NCBI GenBank assembly: GCA_963718235.1
Contig: CAVQYR010000001.1
Span: 32,001 to 96,000, forward strand
Direction of reading: 5' to 3'
Source of the DNA: an uncultured Actinomycetota bacterium
Lineage (GTDB): Bacteria > Actinomycetota > Actinomycetes > JAHEKZ01
DNA length: 64,000 bases
Shown: positions 10,564-19,913 of the stretch, piece by piece
Layout: each line of letters begins with the position of its first letter
Position numbering within the stretch: position 1 is the first letter of the stretch
Notes under the pieces: model-generated
What the model saw: the letters and a program-made list of their open reading frames with translations, nothing else
The model's database searches: none
Told to the model about the DNA's origin: nothing
Position numbers and translations under genes: made by a program

Positions 10564-11481
10564 TCAGGCCTCGACGATCACGTCTTGGGCGGCCGAGACC
10601 GGCTCGGCGTCACCGACCTCGACCGTGAGCACCGCATCGATCGGAACGTTGCGCTTCACCAGCGCCAGCGCGACCGGACCCAGCTCGTAGTGCTGCACCG
10701 CAGTCCCGACGAAGCCGACCGCGCGGCCGTCGAGCGACACCTGCGCGGCGTGCGCCGGCAGCACGTTCGTCGAGCCGTCCAGGTGCAGCCGCACGAGACG
10801 ACGCGGCGGGCGGCCGAGGTTCTGCACGCGGGCTACCGTCTCCTGTCCGCGGTAGCAGCCCTTGTCGAGGTGCACGGCGGGGCCGATCCAACCGACCTCG
10901 TGCGGGATCGTGCGGTGGTCGGTCTCCAGGCCGAGGCGAGGTCGGCCGGCCGCGACGCGCAGTGCCTCGTGGGCCCAGACCCCGGCCGGGTCGCCGGCTT
11001 GTGTGCGGTACTCGTCGAGCCGAGGGCGCTCGACCAGCTCGAGGTGGTCGTCGCCGTCCATGCCGTGGGGGCCGGGCCGCCACAGGACCGCCCAGGTGTC
11101 GCTGACCTCGGCGATGTCGACGTCGGACCAGAACTTCATCCGCTGGAGGTACTCGACCAGCGCCTCGGCGGTGCCGGGCTCGACGACCGCCCACGCGGTC
11201 TCGCCGTCGTCGACGAGGGTCAGGTGGTGCTCGACGTGCCCGTTGGGGCTGAGCACGAGTGCCTCGGTCCAGGTGTGCGGCGGCAGCTCGGTGAGGTGCT
11301 GGGAGGTGATCGAGTGCAGCCAGGTGAGCCGGTCCGGGCCGCTCACCCGGACGACCGGGTGGTGGGACAGGTCGACGTAGCCCTCGCCGTCGTCGAGTCT
11401 GCGCTGCTCACGCAGCGGGTCGCCGTAGTGCCACACCGCCCCGTGGTCGAGACCCTCGGCGTCGACCGTCACCGCGGTCAT
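10564..11481 (-). CDS. ygfZ: Folate-binding protein YgfZ/GcvT family
   Basis: HYGDPLREQR, KGCYRGQETVARV signature. Confidence 0.92.
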   Translation of the reverse strand: MTAVTVDAEGLDHGAVWHYGDPLREQRRLDDGEGYVDLSHHPVVRVSGPDRLTWLHSITSQHLTELPPHTWTEALVLSPNGHVEHHLTLVDDGETAWAVVEPGTAEALVEYLQRMKFWSDVDIAEVSDTWAVLWRPGPHGMDGDDHLELVERPRLDEYRTQAGDPAGVWAHEALRVAAGRPRLGLETDHRTIPHEVGWIGPAVHLDKGCYRGQETVARVQNLGRPPRRLVRLHLDGSTNVLPAHAAQVSLDGRAVGFVGTAVQHYELGPVALALVKRNVPIDAVLTVEVGDAEPVSAAQDVIVEA

Positions 11482-11954
11482 ACGTCGCCCCGCGCCAGGC
11501 ACTCGGAGCAACGGCCGTACAGCGCGAAGTGCCGGACGTCGGCCTCGAAGCCGTGCTCGTCACGCAGTGCGGCCTCCAACGGTCGGGCCACCGACTCGTC
11601 GACGTGCTGCACGACGCCGCAGTCGCGGCACACCAGGTGGAGGTGGTCGGCGTCGTCGGCCACATGGTACGTCGGCGCACCATGGCCCAGATGGGTGTGC
11701 GTGACGAGCCCGAGCTGCTCGAGCAGGTCGAGGGCGCGGTAGACCGTCGAGACGTTGACTCCGGACGCCGTCCGCTGCACCTCGGCTGCGATCTCGTCGG
11801 GTGTGGAGTGCCCGAGCGTGCCCACCGCCTGGAGGACCAGTTGACGTTGGGGGGTCAGCCGGTAGCCGCCGTCGTGCAAGGTCTGCTGCAGGTCGTCGCT
11901 TCTCTGCTCAGGGGGCTGCCCAGTGGCCCGCTCAGGGGACTGCTCAGTGGCCAT
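11478..11954 (-). CDS. fur: Fur family transcriptional regulator
   Basis: RLTPQR, STVYRAL, HLHLVCRDC, GRCSEC. Confidence 0.9.
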   Translation of the reverse strand: MATEQSPERATGQPPEQRSDDLQQTLHDGGYRLTPQRQLVLQAVGTLGHSTPDEIAAEVQRTASGVNVSTVYRALDLLEQLGLVTHTHLGHGAPTYHVADDADHLHLVCRDCGVVQHVDESVARPLEAALRDEHGFEADVRHFALYGRCSECLARGDV

Positions 11955-11961
11955 GGGGCGG

Positions 11962-12495
11962 CTACTCGGGCGAGCGCACGAGGCGCGCCCACAGGTGAGG
12001 CTGCAGTGGTTGTCCGACGGCGGCCATGTCGTAGGCCCACATGAGCTCGCCGTCGACCAGGCCGTAGAGCCGGTGCCCGGCGGTGTACTCCTTGGCGGAC
12101 TCGGTGCGGGCCACGAGGTCGGTGCGCAGCTCGATCTTCGGCCCGTCGACCTCACCGAGCCAGATCTCGACGTAGCCGGTGGGGTGGGAGAGCAGCACCT
12201 CGACCGGGAACGGCGCCCGCGCCGCTCGGGCGTCGTCGGCGTCGACGCCGGGCATGGGCCGCCAGAAGCCGGTCTCGGTCGCGAGCGGGCGGACGAGCTG
12301 GTCGTCGTCGTCCAGCAGCCACGTCTTCGACCGGTAGCTGACGAAGGGCTTGCCGTTCTGCTCGAAGACGACCTCCTGGGCGAACCGGAACGGCTCGATC
12401 GTGGGGTAGTCGCCGTGACCCTGCCCCTCCCAGCGGCCGAGCAGCCAGGCCAGAGGGGCGCACTGCGGCGCGAGGTCGGCGGGGAAGTCGAACAC
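11962..12495 (-). CDS. FABP/nitrobindin family protein (DUF1794)
   Basis: LAWLLGRWEGQG.GDYPTI, ETGFWR, RLYGLV, MAAVGQPLQPH. Confidence 0.9.
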   Translation of the reverse strand: MFDFPADLAPQCAPLAWLLGRWEGQGHGDYPTIEPFRFAQEVVFEQNGKPFVSYRSKTWLLDDDDQLVRPLATETGFWRPMPGVDADDARAARAPFPVEVLLSHPTGYVEIWLGEVDGPKIELRTDLVARTESAKEYTAGHRLYGLVDGELMWAYDMAAVGQPLQPHLWARLVRSPE

Positions 12496-12506
12496 GGTCG
12501 GCCGGA

Positions 12507-12608
12507 TCAGTCCTGGCCCTTGTAGAGCTTGTACACGACGTAGACCGAGAACCAGCCGATCAGCAGCGCGACGGCGACGAGCAAGCCCGTGTAAACGATT
12601 TCCAGCAC
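12507..12608 (-). CDS. 33-aa single-TM small membrane protein (MLEIVYTGLLVAVALLIGWFSVYVVYKLYKGQD)
   Basis: GTG..TGA, GC3-rich codons, TAGACT -10 7 nt upstream, stop 11 nt before FABP start. Confidence 0.8.
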   Translation of the reverse strand: MLEIVYTGLLVAVALLIGWFSVYVVYKLYKGQD

Positions 12609-12626
12609 GTCGGGCAGTCTATCCCG

Positions 12627-13151
12627 GTGAGCTCACCCGAACCGCCGCCGTCGGCGGACCCGTCGTCCACGATCAGTCGACACGAGGCCGAGCGGGTGTC
12701 CGGCGCGGTCTACGGCACGATCGTCGCCACAGGCGTGGTTGCCGCCTCCGCCGGGCCGGCGGCCGACCCCGCACGCATCATCGGCCTGCTGCTCGGCACC
12801 TCGGCGGTCTTCTGGCTCGCGCACGTCTACGCACGCTCGGTGGCCGCCTCGATGGTGCTCGGGCGAGCAGTCACCCGCCGCGAACGTCGTCACCTGGCGA
12901 CTCAGGAGTGGCCCATGCTGCAGTCGGCCCTTCCGTTGGTCGTCGCCCTGGTGCCGGGCAAGCTGGGCTGGATCCCGGTGGCGTCGTCCCTATGGCTAGC
13001 GGTCGGCGTCGGCGTTGCCGCGCTGGTGGTCTGGGGCATCCGGATCGGCCAGCTGGAGCGCCGCGGTACGTGGAACCTCTGGCGCAACGCCCTGGTGACC
13101 GCGAGCTTCGGGTTCGTGATCGTGGTGATGAAGGCCTGGATCAGCCACTAG
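12627..13151 (+). CDS. Hypothetical integral membrane protein
   Basis: AVYGTIVA, FWLAHVYA; about 5 hydrophobic segments. Confidence 0.75.
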   Translation: MSSPEPPPSADPSSTISRHEAERVSGAVYGTIVATGVVAASAGPAADPARIIGLLLGTSAVFWLAHVYARSVAASMVLGRAVTRRERRHLATQEWPMLQSALPLVVALVPGKLGWIPVASSLWLAVGVGVAALVVWGIRIGQLERRGTWNLWRNALVTASFGFVIVVMKAWISH

Positions 13152-13866
13152 CCCGGTGTGCGGCGTGCCGGACGAGCACTTCGGCCGTGTGCCGCCGCAT
13201 CGCCGCTGTGGTCGGGCGGCGCAGCTCGAGGGTGACCGCCGACTTGTGCGGGTACAGGTCGTTGAACCACGTGGTCATGTTGCCGCCGGAGGAGCCCAGC
13301 CTGCGGGCCGGGAGCCCCAGACGATCGGCCAGCCAGAGCGTGTGCTGCCGGTTCGCACCCTGCGAGAAGTCGACACAGGCCAGCGGCTGGTGCATCGAGG
13401 TGATCGTGTGCGGCTGCAGGTCGGTGAGGAACCGGGTCATGACCCGCGCCTCCCGCTCGCTCAACGGCTCGGGGCCGGAGTAGATGCTCGTGCCCTCGCC
13501 CTGCACCTTCCAGTGCGGGCCGTCGAAGTTGCGGTTCAGGTCGACGCCGTGGGCGTTGGTACGCCGTCCGACGGCCAGGCCGTCGGGGTTGATCGTCGGG
13601 ACGAGCCACAGCTGGACCCCACGAGGGGCGGAGCGGCGCAGCAGGTGCTGGCGCACGACCTGGGTTCCCGCGGGCTCCTCGCCGTGCATGCACCCGACCA
13701 CCAGGTAGCGGCTGGGTGCGTCGTCCGGGCCGATCCGGTAGGCGACGATCGGACGGTCCTTCACCGAGTGGCCGATCCGGTAGCGGGTGAGCTCGTGGCG
13801 GGGGCCGGAGCCGGGCACCAGGAGTGCACCGACCCCACCGAGGAACTGGCCGCGGGAGAGGTCCAT
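13141..13866 (-). CDS. M14 zinc carboxypeptidase (MpaA-like)
   Basis: MHGEE, NPDG, RTNAHGVDLNRNF, SERE, SMHQP, TLEL. Confidence 0.85.
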   Translation of the reverse strand: MDLSRGQFLGGVGALLVPGSGPRHELTRYRIGHSVKDRPIVAYRIGPDDAPSRYLVVGCMHGEEPAGTQVVRQHLLRRSAPRGVQLWLVPTINPDGLAVGRRTNAHGVDLNRNFDGPHWKVQGEGTSIYSGPEPLSEREARVMTRFLTDLQPHTITSMHQPLACVDFSQGANRQHTLWLADRLGLPARRLGSSGGNMTTWFNDLYPHKSAVTLELRRPTTAAMRRHTAEVLVRHAAHRASG

Positions 13867-13886
13867 CAGGGCATGATCCCCGATCC

Positions 13887-13925
13887 GCTGAGAAATCAGG
13901 CCCTCAGCCGGCGCATTTCCTCAGC
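13887..13925. repeat. Imperfect palindrome GCTGAGAAAT...ATTTCCTCAGC at the 3' end of the DUF559 remnant
   Basis: Inverted arms seen directly. Confidence 0.55.
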
Positions 13926-14075
13926 AGTGTCGCCCGGATCTGGGCGGTCACGTCGTCCGGGCGCCGGGTCAGGTCGTCCCAGGTGAAGCGCAGCACCGTG
14001 TACCCCGCGGCGATCAGCCGGTTCTGCTTCGCGCGGTCGCGCTGGAAGGCCGCGCGCCGACCGTGGACCCGACGC
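13904..14075 (-). pseudogene. C-terminal remnant of DUF559/Vsr-like endonuclease gene
   Basis: HGRRAAFQRDRAKQNRLIAAGYTVLRFTWDDLTRRPDDVTAQIRATL; no start, overlaps DUF4395 3' end in another frame. Confidence 0.75.
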
Positions 14076-14466
14076 GCCGGCTGAGCAGGTAGACCTCGCA
14101 GCCCAGGCAGTAGCCGAACGCGGCGTTGAGGAAGGCAGCAGCCAGCGCCGCGGCGACGGCGACCTGCCCGACGAGCGTGGCGCCGGCGAGCAGCGCAACG
14201 GTCCCGACCACGGCGAAGCCGAGGCCGACGAGCTGGGCGAAGCGCGGCGGCTGCTCGGCCTCGAGCGCGGCGGGCGGGGCGAGCCGGGGGCGCACGAAGC
14301 GACGGAACAGCACGCCATAGGGCGCGCGCTGCAGCCCGGCGAACGCGCCGACGGCGAAGACCACGGCCTGCGCAGCGAGCAGCCAGGTGCTGCCAGTGAG
14401 CAGGACGAGGGCGAGGACGACGGTCGTGAGCGCTGCGGCGAAACGAGGACCACGGGGGTCGATCAT
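14014..14466 (-). CDS. DUF4395 membrane protein
   Basis: MIDPRGPRFAA, PPRFAQ.VG, FLNAAFGYCLGCEVY; AAGGAG RBS; C-terminus runs into foreign sequence. Confidence 0.9.
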   Translation of the reverse strand: MIDPRGPRFAAALTTVVLALVLLTGSTWLLAAQAVVFAVGAFAGLQRAPYGVLFRRFVRPRLAPPAALEAEQPPRFAQLVGLGFAVVGTVALLAGATLVGQVAVAAALAAAFLNAAFGYCLGCEVYLLSRRVGSTVGARPSSATARSRTG

Positions 14467-14535
14467 GGGGACTCCTTGCCGCCGAGGGCGGACGGGAGGG
14501 TCGTCAGGGACGACGGAGGGCGGGCGGACGTGGCG

Positions 14536-14613
14536 TCAGCGCGCGCAACACAGGCAGGTGGCGACGCGGCACAGGTCGACCGCGCGTCGCTGGGTGAGCA
14601 TCACCGGCTGCAT
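14536..14613 (-). CDS. Cys-rich leader peptide (Ms5788A-like, MQPVMLTQRRAVDLCRVATCLCCAR), cysteine-responsive attenuator
   Basis: RRAVDLCR...CLCC motif; TACGGT -10 7 nt upstream of ATG (leaderless); C-rich tract downstream; sits upstream of DUF4395. Confidence 0.88.
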   Translation of the reverse strand: MQPVMLTQRRAVDLCRVATCLCCAR

Positions 14614-14689
14614 GGGCCCGACCGTACTGCCGATCCGGACGCCTGAGACCCCGGTGTCCAGGATGCGAGACAGGGTCTCGGTCGTCCAG

Positions 14690-15107
14690 TCATCGGACCG
14701 CGTGCCCCAGCGCCGCGATCACGTCGGCCTTGCGCGGCTGGCCGCTAGCCCGCCGCACCACGTGCCCCTCCTGGTCGAGTACGAGCACGGTCGGTGTCCG
14801 CAAGATGTCGAGCCGGCGCACGAGCTCCAGGCTGCGCCTCGGCGTCGATCTCGACGTGCGAGACGCCGTCGACCTGGCCGGCCACGTCGTCGAGCACCTG
14901 CCGGGTCGCCCGGCACGGCTGGCAGAACGCGCTGGAGAACTGCACCAGGGTGGCGCGCGGCCCGAGATCGGCGCCGAGGTCGGCTGCGGTCAGGCGGGGC
15001 CCGGACGGCGACCCCACCACGCGACCGTCGGTGCGCCGCCGGTACAGGCCGAACGCCGTGCCGGCCGCGAGGACGGCCACGACGAGGAGCACTCCGGTCG
15101 GGTCCAC
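14690..15107 (-). CDS. Membrane-anchored thioredoxin (ThiX/TlpA-like), one frameshift near 14830
   Basis: TLVQFSSAFCQPCRAT; shifted frame gives LELVRRLDILRTPTVLVLD...RASGQPRKADVIAALG. Confidence 0.85.
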
Positions 15108-15150
15108 GGGAGTCTCAAGCCCTGGCGCCCCGCCGTCCATTCCCCCCGCC

Positions 15151-15218
15151 CAAGTTGATCAAGGAGAAGATGAGGCCCCAGGCGGTCGAACTGGCAGATC
15201 AAGTCCAAGATCAACTTG
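15151..15218. repeat. 68-bp palindromic REP/MITE-like element, copy 1
   Basis: CAAGTTGATC...GATCAACTTG terminal inverted repeats; 62/68 identical to 23785-23852. Confidence 0.9.
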
Positions 15219-18099
15219 GGGGGGTGGTGTAGAAGGCGCGGCGGACCGGCTTGACCGGGCGCATCAGGAACTCCGGACGCCGCAGGCCCGACGCGCTGGG
15301 ACCCGGACGGGTCTTGGCCAGCCACTCGCGGTAGACCTCGGTCGACTTCGTCGTGTCGACCACGACGTCGCCATACCGGTCGTCATCGTGCGCCTTCTCC
15401 ACGCGCACCTGCTGGTGCCAGCAGTGCATGCCCGACCAGGGGTCGGGGTGCACGGCGAACGCCAGGTTCTGGTGCACGCCCGGGTCGTCCCAGTAGATCC
15501 GCGAGGAGTCGGGGTCGTCGCTGGCGAACGGCTGCACGTGGTCCTTGTAGCGCAGCCGCCAACGGCCGTCGGGCAGGCGCCCCACGTCGACCAGACCCAT
15601 CACCCATCGGCTGCCCGCGTTCTCCGACGTCCGCCACCGCCCCATGTGGTGCGACAGCGCGATGACCCCGGGCCGGATCGCCTCGGTCGCCCACACCCGC
15701 GCGACGAAGTGCCCGATCTCGGTGTTCACCCGCGCCAGGTCGCCGGTGGCGAAGCCGAGCCGTTCGGCGTCCTTGGCGTTGACCCACAGCGGGTGGGTGT
15801 TGGAGATCTCGTTGAGGTACTTCGCATTGCCCGACCGGGTGTGGATCATCGTCGGCAGCCGGAAGGTGGGCATCAGCACCATCTCGCCCTGCCCGGCGTC
15901 GAGTGCACGGTGTCCCACGTGTGACTCGATGTAACCCGGCGTCGCGTACTCCGGCCAGCCGAAGTCGACCATCGTCGGGGAGAACAGCTCAAGACGTCGC
16001 GACGGCGTCAGCCAGCCGGCCACCTGCGACCCGTCAGCGAGCTGGACGCCGACCGCGCCCGCCTCACCGACCAGCGGCGGCGTGGAGTCCATCGTCGTCG
16101 GCTTGCGCAGCACGCCGTCGTCGTCGGGCTTCGCGCCCTCGAGCTCGGATGGTGTGAGTGCGCGCTCGTCGAGCCGGTACATGTCGTGCCCGAGCTCGTA
16201 GACCCCGTACCGACGCATGTACTCCAGCGGCGTGAGGTCGTGCTGGGCTGCCTTCTCGGGCAGCCCGGGCACCTGGTTGTCGAAGACCCAGCCGTAGTAG
16301 TCGTCGACCGTCACCTTCTCGCCGGGACGGTCGGGCGCCTCGAAGTACTTGCGGATGCCGAGCGAGCCGTCTGGGTCGATTCGCCAGGACAGCTCGAACC
16401 AGAACTCGTTCTCCTCCCACACCTGTCCGGGGTTGGCGTCACGGGTGTCGTCGACGCCCTGCCCGAGTCGCTCCATCGCGACGCGCCGCACGGGCTGGCG
16501 GAAGCCCAGCCACTTGCCGCCGTACTGCTCGTAGGACTGGGTGTCGTGCCGCTCAGGACCGTGGCCCATCGGGAGCACGTAGTCGGCGAACATCGCCGTC
16601 TCCGACCAGGTCGGCGTGAGCGCGACGTGCAGCCCGACCAGGCTCTCGTCGGTGAGCGCCTCGATCCAGCTGAAGCCGTCGGGGTTGGTCCAGATCGGGT
16701 TGTAGACGCGGGAGAAGTAGACGTCGACCTTGCCACGCCCCTCCTTCAGGAAGTGCGGCAGCAGGATCGACATCTCGTTGGTCGACAGCGGGTACTCCGC
16801 CGGCCACAGCTTCTCGTTCCACAGGTCGTGCCCGCCCGGCATGCTCGGCCCGTGCGGGATGAACTTGTTCCACCCGTTCGGGCTGGTGCCACCCACCGTC
16901 CCGACGCTGCCGGTGAGCACGGTGAGGAAGAACATCGCACGCGAGACCATCCAGCCGCCGAGGTTGCCCGCGGTGGCCGCCCGCCACGTGTGCGCGGCCA
17001 GCCGCCCTGCGGAGGACGCAACCACCTTGGCCAGCTCCTCGACCTGCTCGACAGGAACCTGCGCCTCTTCGGCCGCGAACTCGAAGGTGTACTTCGCGTA
17101 CTCCTCGGTGAGCGCGGTCTTGAACGCCTCGAAGTCGTCGGGGGCAGCATCCGGCTGAAGGGCAGCCAGGTAGGTGTCCCAGTTGACCCAGCGCCGCACG
17201 TAGTCCCACGCGACCTGGTCGGTGCGCAGCAGGTACGACGCGACCGCGAGCAGGATCGCCGCCTCACTGCCCGGCCACGGGCTCATCCAGAGGTCGGCGT
17301 GGGCGGCCGTGTTGGACAGCCGGGGGTCGAGCACGACGAGCTTGGCGTTGCCGTGGACCTTGCCCTCCATGATCCGCTGGGCGTGCGGGTTGAAGTAGTG
17401 ACCCGTCTCCAGGTGGCTGGAGATGAGCAGAATGACGCGGGCGTTGGCGTAGTCCGGCGACGGCCGGTCGTACCCGCCCCACAGGGTGTAGCCGAGCCGC
17501 GCGCCCGCGGAGCAGATGTTGGTGTGGCTGTTGTGCCCGTCGACGCCCCATGCGAGCAGCACCCGCTCGGCGAAGCCGTCCTCTCCGGGACGGCCGACGT
17601 GGTAGATCACCTCGTCCTTGCGGTCCTCGACGATGGCGGTGCGGATACGGCCGGCGATGTCGTCGAGCGCGTCGTCCCATGTCACGGGCTCGAACTGCCC
17701 GTTGCCCCGCTCGCCGACCCGGCGCAGCGGCGTCATGATCCGCTCGGGGTCGTTGACCTGGTTGACCGTGGCCGGCCCCTTGGCACAGTTGCGCCCGCGC
17801 GATCCGGGGTGCGCAGGGTTGCCCTCCAGCTTCTTGATGGTCAGGTCGTCGCGGTCGACGTAGGCGAGCAGCCCGCAGGCTGACTCGCAGTTGAAGCATG
17901 TTGTCGGCACGAGCATGTAGTGCTTCTCGACCTTGCGTGGGTGCGCCTTCGCGTCGTTGAGCACGACGTCGTCCCACGACTCGACGGGCGGGAAGTTGGA
18001 GACGGTCTCGCGCCTTCGCAGCCCGAAGTGCTCCGGGCTGTCGGGGCCGACTGCAGCGGCTGCAGGGGCCGCGGGGCGGGGGTCACGGGGGGGTGTCAT
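15211..18099 (-). CDS. Molybdopterin (bis-MGD) oxidoreductase catalytic subunit, DMSO reductase superfamily, no Tat signal
   Basis: CFNCESAC...NCAKG [4Fe-4S] motif, [15 protein letters not shown] (candidate Cys ligand), [13 protein letters not shown]-terminal HTRS...LWVN..DA binding domain. Confidence 0.92.
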   Translation of the reverse strand: MTPPRDPRPAAPAAAAVGPDSPEHFGLRRRETVSNFPPVESWDDVVLNDAKAHPRKVEKHYMLVPTTCFNCESACGLLAYVDRDDLTIKKLEGNPAHPGSRGRNCAKGPATVNQVNDPERIMTPLRRVGERGNGQFEPVTWDDALDDIAGRIRTAIVEDRKDEVIYHVGRPGEDGFAERVLLAWGVDGHNSHTNICSAGARLGYTLWGGYDRPSPDYANARVILLISSHLETGHYFNPHAQRIMEGKVHGNAKLVVLDPRLSNTAAHADLWMSPWPGSEAAILLAVASYLLRTDQVAWDYVRRWVNWDTYLAALQPDAAPDDFEAFKTALTEEYAKYTFEFAAEEAQVPVEQVEELAKVVASSAGRLAAHTWRAATAGNLGGWMVSRAMFFLTVLTGSVGTVGGTSPNGWNKFIPHGPSMPGGHDLWNEKLWPAEYPLSTNEMSILLPHFLKEGRGKVDVYFSRVYNPIWTNPDGFSWIEALTDESLVGLHVALTPTWSETAMFADYVLPMGHGPERHDTQSYEQYGGKWLGFRQPVRRVAMERLGQGVDDTRDANPGQVWEENEFWFELSWRIDPDGSLGIRKYFEAPDRPGEKVTVDDYYGWVFDNQVPGLPEKAAQHDLTPLEYMRRYGVYELGHDMYRLDERALTPSELEGAKPDDDGVLRKPTTMDSTPPLVGEAGAVGVQLADGSQVAGWLTPSRRLELFSPTMVDFGWPEYATPGYIESHVGHRALDAGQGEMVLMPTFRLPTMIHTRSGNAKYLNEISNTHPLWVNAKDAERLGFATGDLARVNTEIGHFVARVWATEAIRPGVIALSHHMGRWRTSENAGSRWVMGLVDVGRLPDGRWRLRYKDHVQPFASDDPDSSRIYWDDPGVHQNLAFAVHPDPWSGMHCWHQQVRVEKAHDDDRYGDVVVDTTKSTEVYREWLAKTRPGPSASGLRRPEFLMRPVKPVRRAFYTTPPS

Positions 18100-18108
18100 C
18101 TGGGCTCC

Positions 18109-19626
18109 TCAGGAGAGCGGAACGTCTTGTGCGGCCTTGACGAACACCGACTCGTAGGCGAGCAGGGGCACCTGGACCAGGAGCCCGACCACCACGCCGA
18201 TCCAGACCGAGGCGCCGAGTGACAGCGCCAACCCACCACCCAGGACGACGATGGAGAGCAGCACCGCCCCGTACCAGAAGGTCCTGGCATACCGGCCTCG
18301 CACGATGATGTGCGCGGCCACCTCGGCGTTGCGGGTCGAGTGCTTGCCGCCCAGCTCGACGGCGAGCATGGCCAGGTGAGCGGTGGTCGCCACGGTGAAG
18401 GCGATGGCGACCCCGACCACGGTGCTCGAGGGGACGTCGAACAGGGGCGCGAGCAGCAGCAGGACTCCGCCACCGGCCATCACCGCCTGTGCCTGCAGGT
18501 GCCAGAACAGCACCGGCGACTGCCACAGGTCGCGGCCCTCGGCCTGCCCGAACAGGAAGGCGGTGTAGCCGGCCGTCATGATCGCGGCTGGCACGGCGAG
18601 CCAGGCCATCGCCTCGACGAGACCGTCGGCACCGAACACCCCGCCCAGGAACCACAGTCCGACGACCGCCGCGAAGACGCCGAGGATGATCCCGCCCCAG
18701 ACCAGCCACGAGGTCGGGTTGGGCTTGGTCAGCAGGTAGTAGAAGCGCTCCGGCCGCTTGAGGTCGGCGATCAGCAGGACGGCGGTCGTGGCTGCGAAGA
18801 CCGCCCCGACGAGCGGTGCGACGACACCGGTGAACGTGCTGGGGGCCTGGTCGAGGATCAGCAGGAACGCGGCGAGCAGCACGGCACCGGCGGCGATCGA
18901 CTTGGTCCACAGGTACGTCCACACCTTCCAGCCCCACGGCCGGGGGTGGGCGGTGTTGAGCGTCGTCCGGGCGTTGGTCGTCGGGTCGACCGCGACGTCG
19001 CCTCGGTTCTGCGCGCGCTGAGGGTCGGGCTGGGCCCAGATGTAGGTGTCGTCGACCGGCGCGGCCAAGGGGTCGAGCACGGCCTCGCTGGCTCCGACGT
19101 AGAACACGTTGGGACCGGTGCCCTGCTCGGGCGTACGCGTCTGTACCGGCTGGAGACTGAGGAACGTGCGGATGCCGCTGGTGGGGTCGTCGAGGTCGCC
19201 CATCCAGATCGACTCGGTAGGGCACACGACGACGCAGGCCGGCTCGAGCCCCTGGTCGATCCGATGGGCGCAGAAGTTGCACTTCGCCGCGGTGTGCGTG
19301 TCCTCGTCGATGTAGAGCGCGTCGTACGGACAGGCCTGCATGCAGCTCTTGCAGCCGATGCAGCGGTCGCCGTCGAAGTCGACGATGCCGTCATCGCGCT
19401 TGAACAGTGCTCCCGTCGGGCAGATCGCCACACAGGGCGCGTCGGTGCAGTGGTTGCAGCGCATCACGCCGAACTCGCGCGTCGTCGCCGGGTACTCACC
19501 CTTGTCGACGTACTTCACCCAGGTGCGGAACTGGCCCAGCGGAACCTCGTGCTCGGTCTTGCAGGCGACCGTGCAGGCGTGACACCCGATGCACGTGCGC
19601 TGGTCGATGGCGAAGCCGTACTGCAC
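18109..19626 (-). CDS. Fused 4x[4Fe-4S] electron-transfer domain (DmsB/NrfC/PsrB-like) + NrfD/PsrC membrane anchor
   Basis: CIGCHAC..AC, CNHC..APC..CP, CIGCKSC..ACP, KCNFC..PAC..CP, followed by WG..YLW, ADLKRPERF, TSWL.WG and about 8 TM helices. Confidence 0.92.
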   Translation of the reverse strand: MQYGFAIDQRTCIGCHACTVACKTEHEVPLGQFRTWVKYVDKGEYPATTREFGVMRCNHCTDAPCVAICPTGALFKRDDGIVDFDGDRCIGCKSCMQACPYDALYIDEDTHTAAKCNFCAHRIDQGLEPACVVVCPTESIWMGDLDDPTSGIRTFLSLQPVQTRTPEQGTGPNVFYVGASEAVLDPLAAPVDDTYIWAQPDPQRAQNRGDVAVDPTTNARTTLNTAHPRPWGWKVWTYLWTKSIAAGAVLLAAFLLILDQAPSTFTGVVAPLVGAVFAATTAVLLIADLKRPERFYYLLTKPNPTSWLVWGGIILGVFAAVVGLWFLGGVFGADGLVEAMAWLAVPAAIMTAGYTAFLFGQAEGRDLWQSPVLFWHLQAQAVMAGGGVLLLLAPLFDVPSSTVVGVAIAFTVATTAHLAMLAVELGGKHSTRNAEVAAHIIVRGRYARTFWYGAVLLSIVVLGGGLALSLGASVWIGVVVGLLVQVPLLAYESVFVKAAQDVPLS

Positions 19627-19632
19627 TTCAGC

Positions 19633-19866
19633 TCACTTCTTCCGAATGGTGTACGTGAAGACCGGCCCGGCCGTCTCGCTGGACACGAGCTCGTGCCCCA
19701 TGTCCCGGGTCCAGGAGGGGATGTCGCTCTTCGAGCCGGCGTCGGTGGACTCCACGAGCATCATCTGCCCTGACTCGATCTCGTCGATGCCCTTACGTGC
19801 CAGCAGCACGGGCATCGGGCACGACTTGCCTTTGGCGTCGACGATCTTGCTGATCTCGTCCGACAT
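19633..19866 (-). CDS. tusA: TusA/SirA sulfur carrier protein
   Basis: VDAKGKSCPMP motif, 77 aa, GGAGG upstream. Confidence 0.9.
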   Translation of the reverse strand: MSDEISKIVDAKGKSCPMPVLLARKGIDEIESGQMMLVESTDAGSKSDIPSWTRDMGHELVSSETAGPVFTYTIRKK

Positions 19867-19913
19867 GCTTCCTCCCGAGGCTCTTTGGACGGTACCCGTC
19901 GATTCGACGTAGC

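Noticed and set aside
9745-11742. 665-aa plus-strand ORF and similar long antisense ORFs (16186-17883, 29576-30865, 31797-33413, 47549-49219, 59883-61727, 61941-63548)
   Set aside because: Shadow frames of real genes in high-GC DNA; no motifs
13820-13866. Tat signal on the M14 peptidase (SRGQFL)
   Set aside because: Second Arg missing and h-region short
18000-18030. LRRRET as a Tat motif in the Mo subunit
   Set aside because: No FL consensus, hydrophobic region or cleavage site
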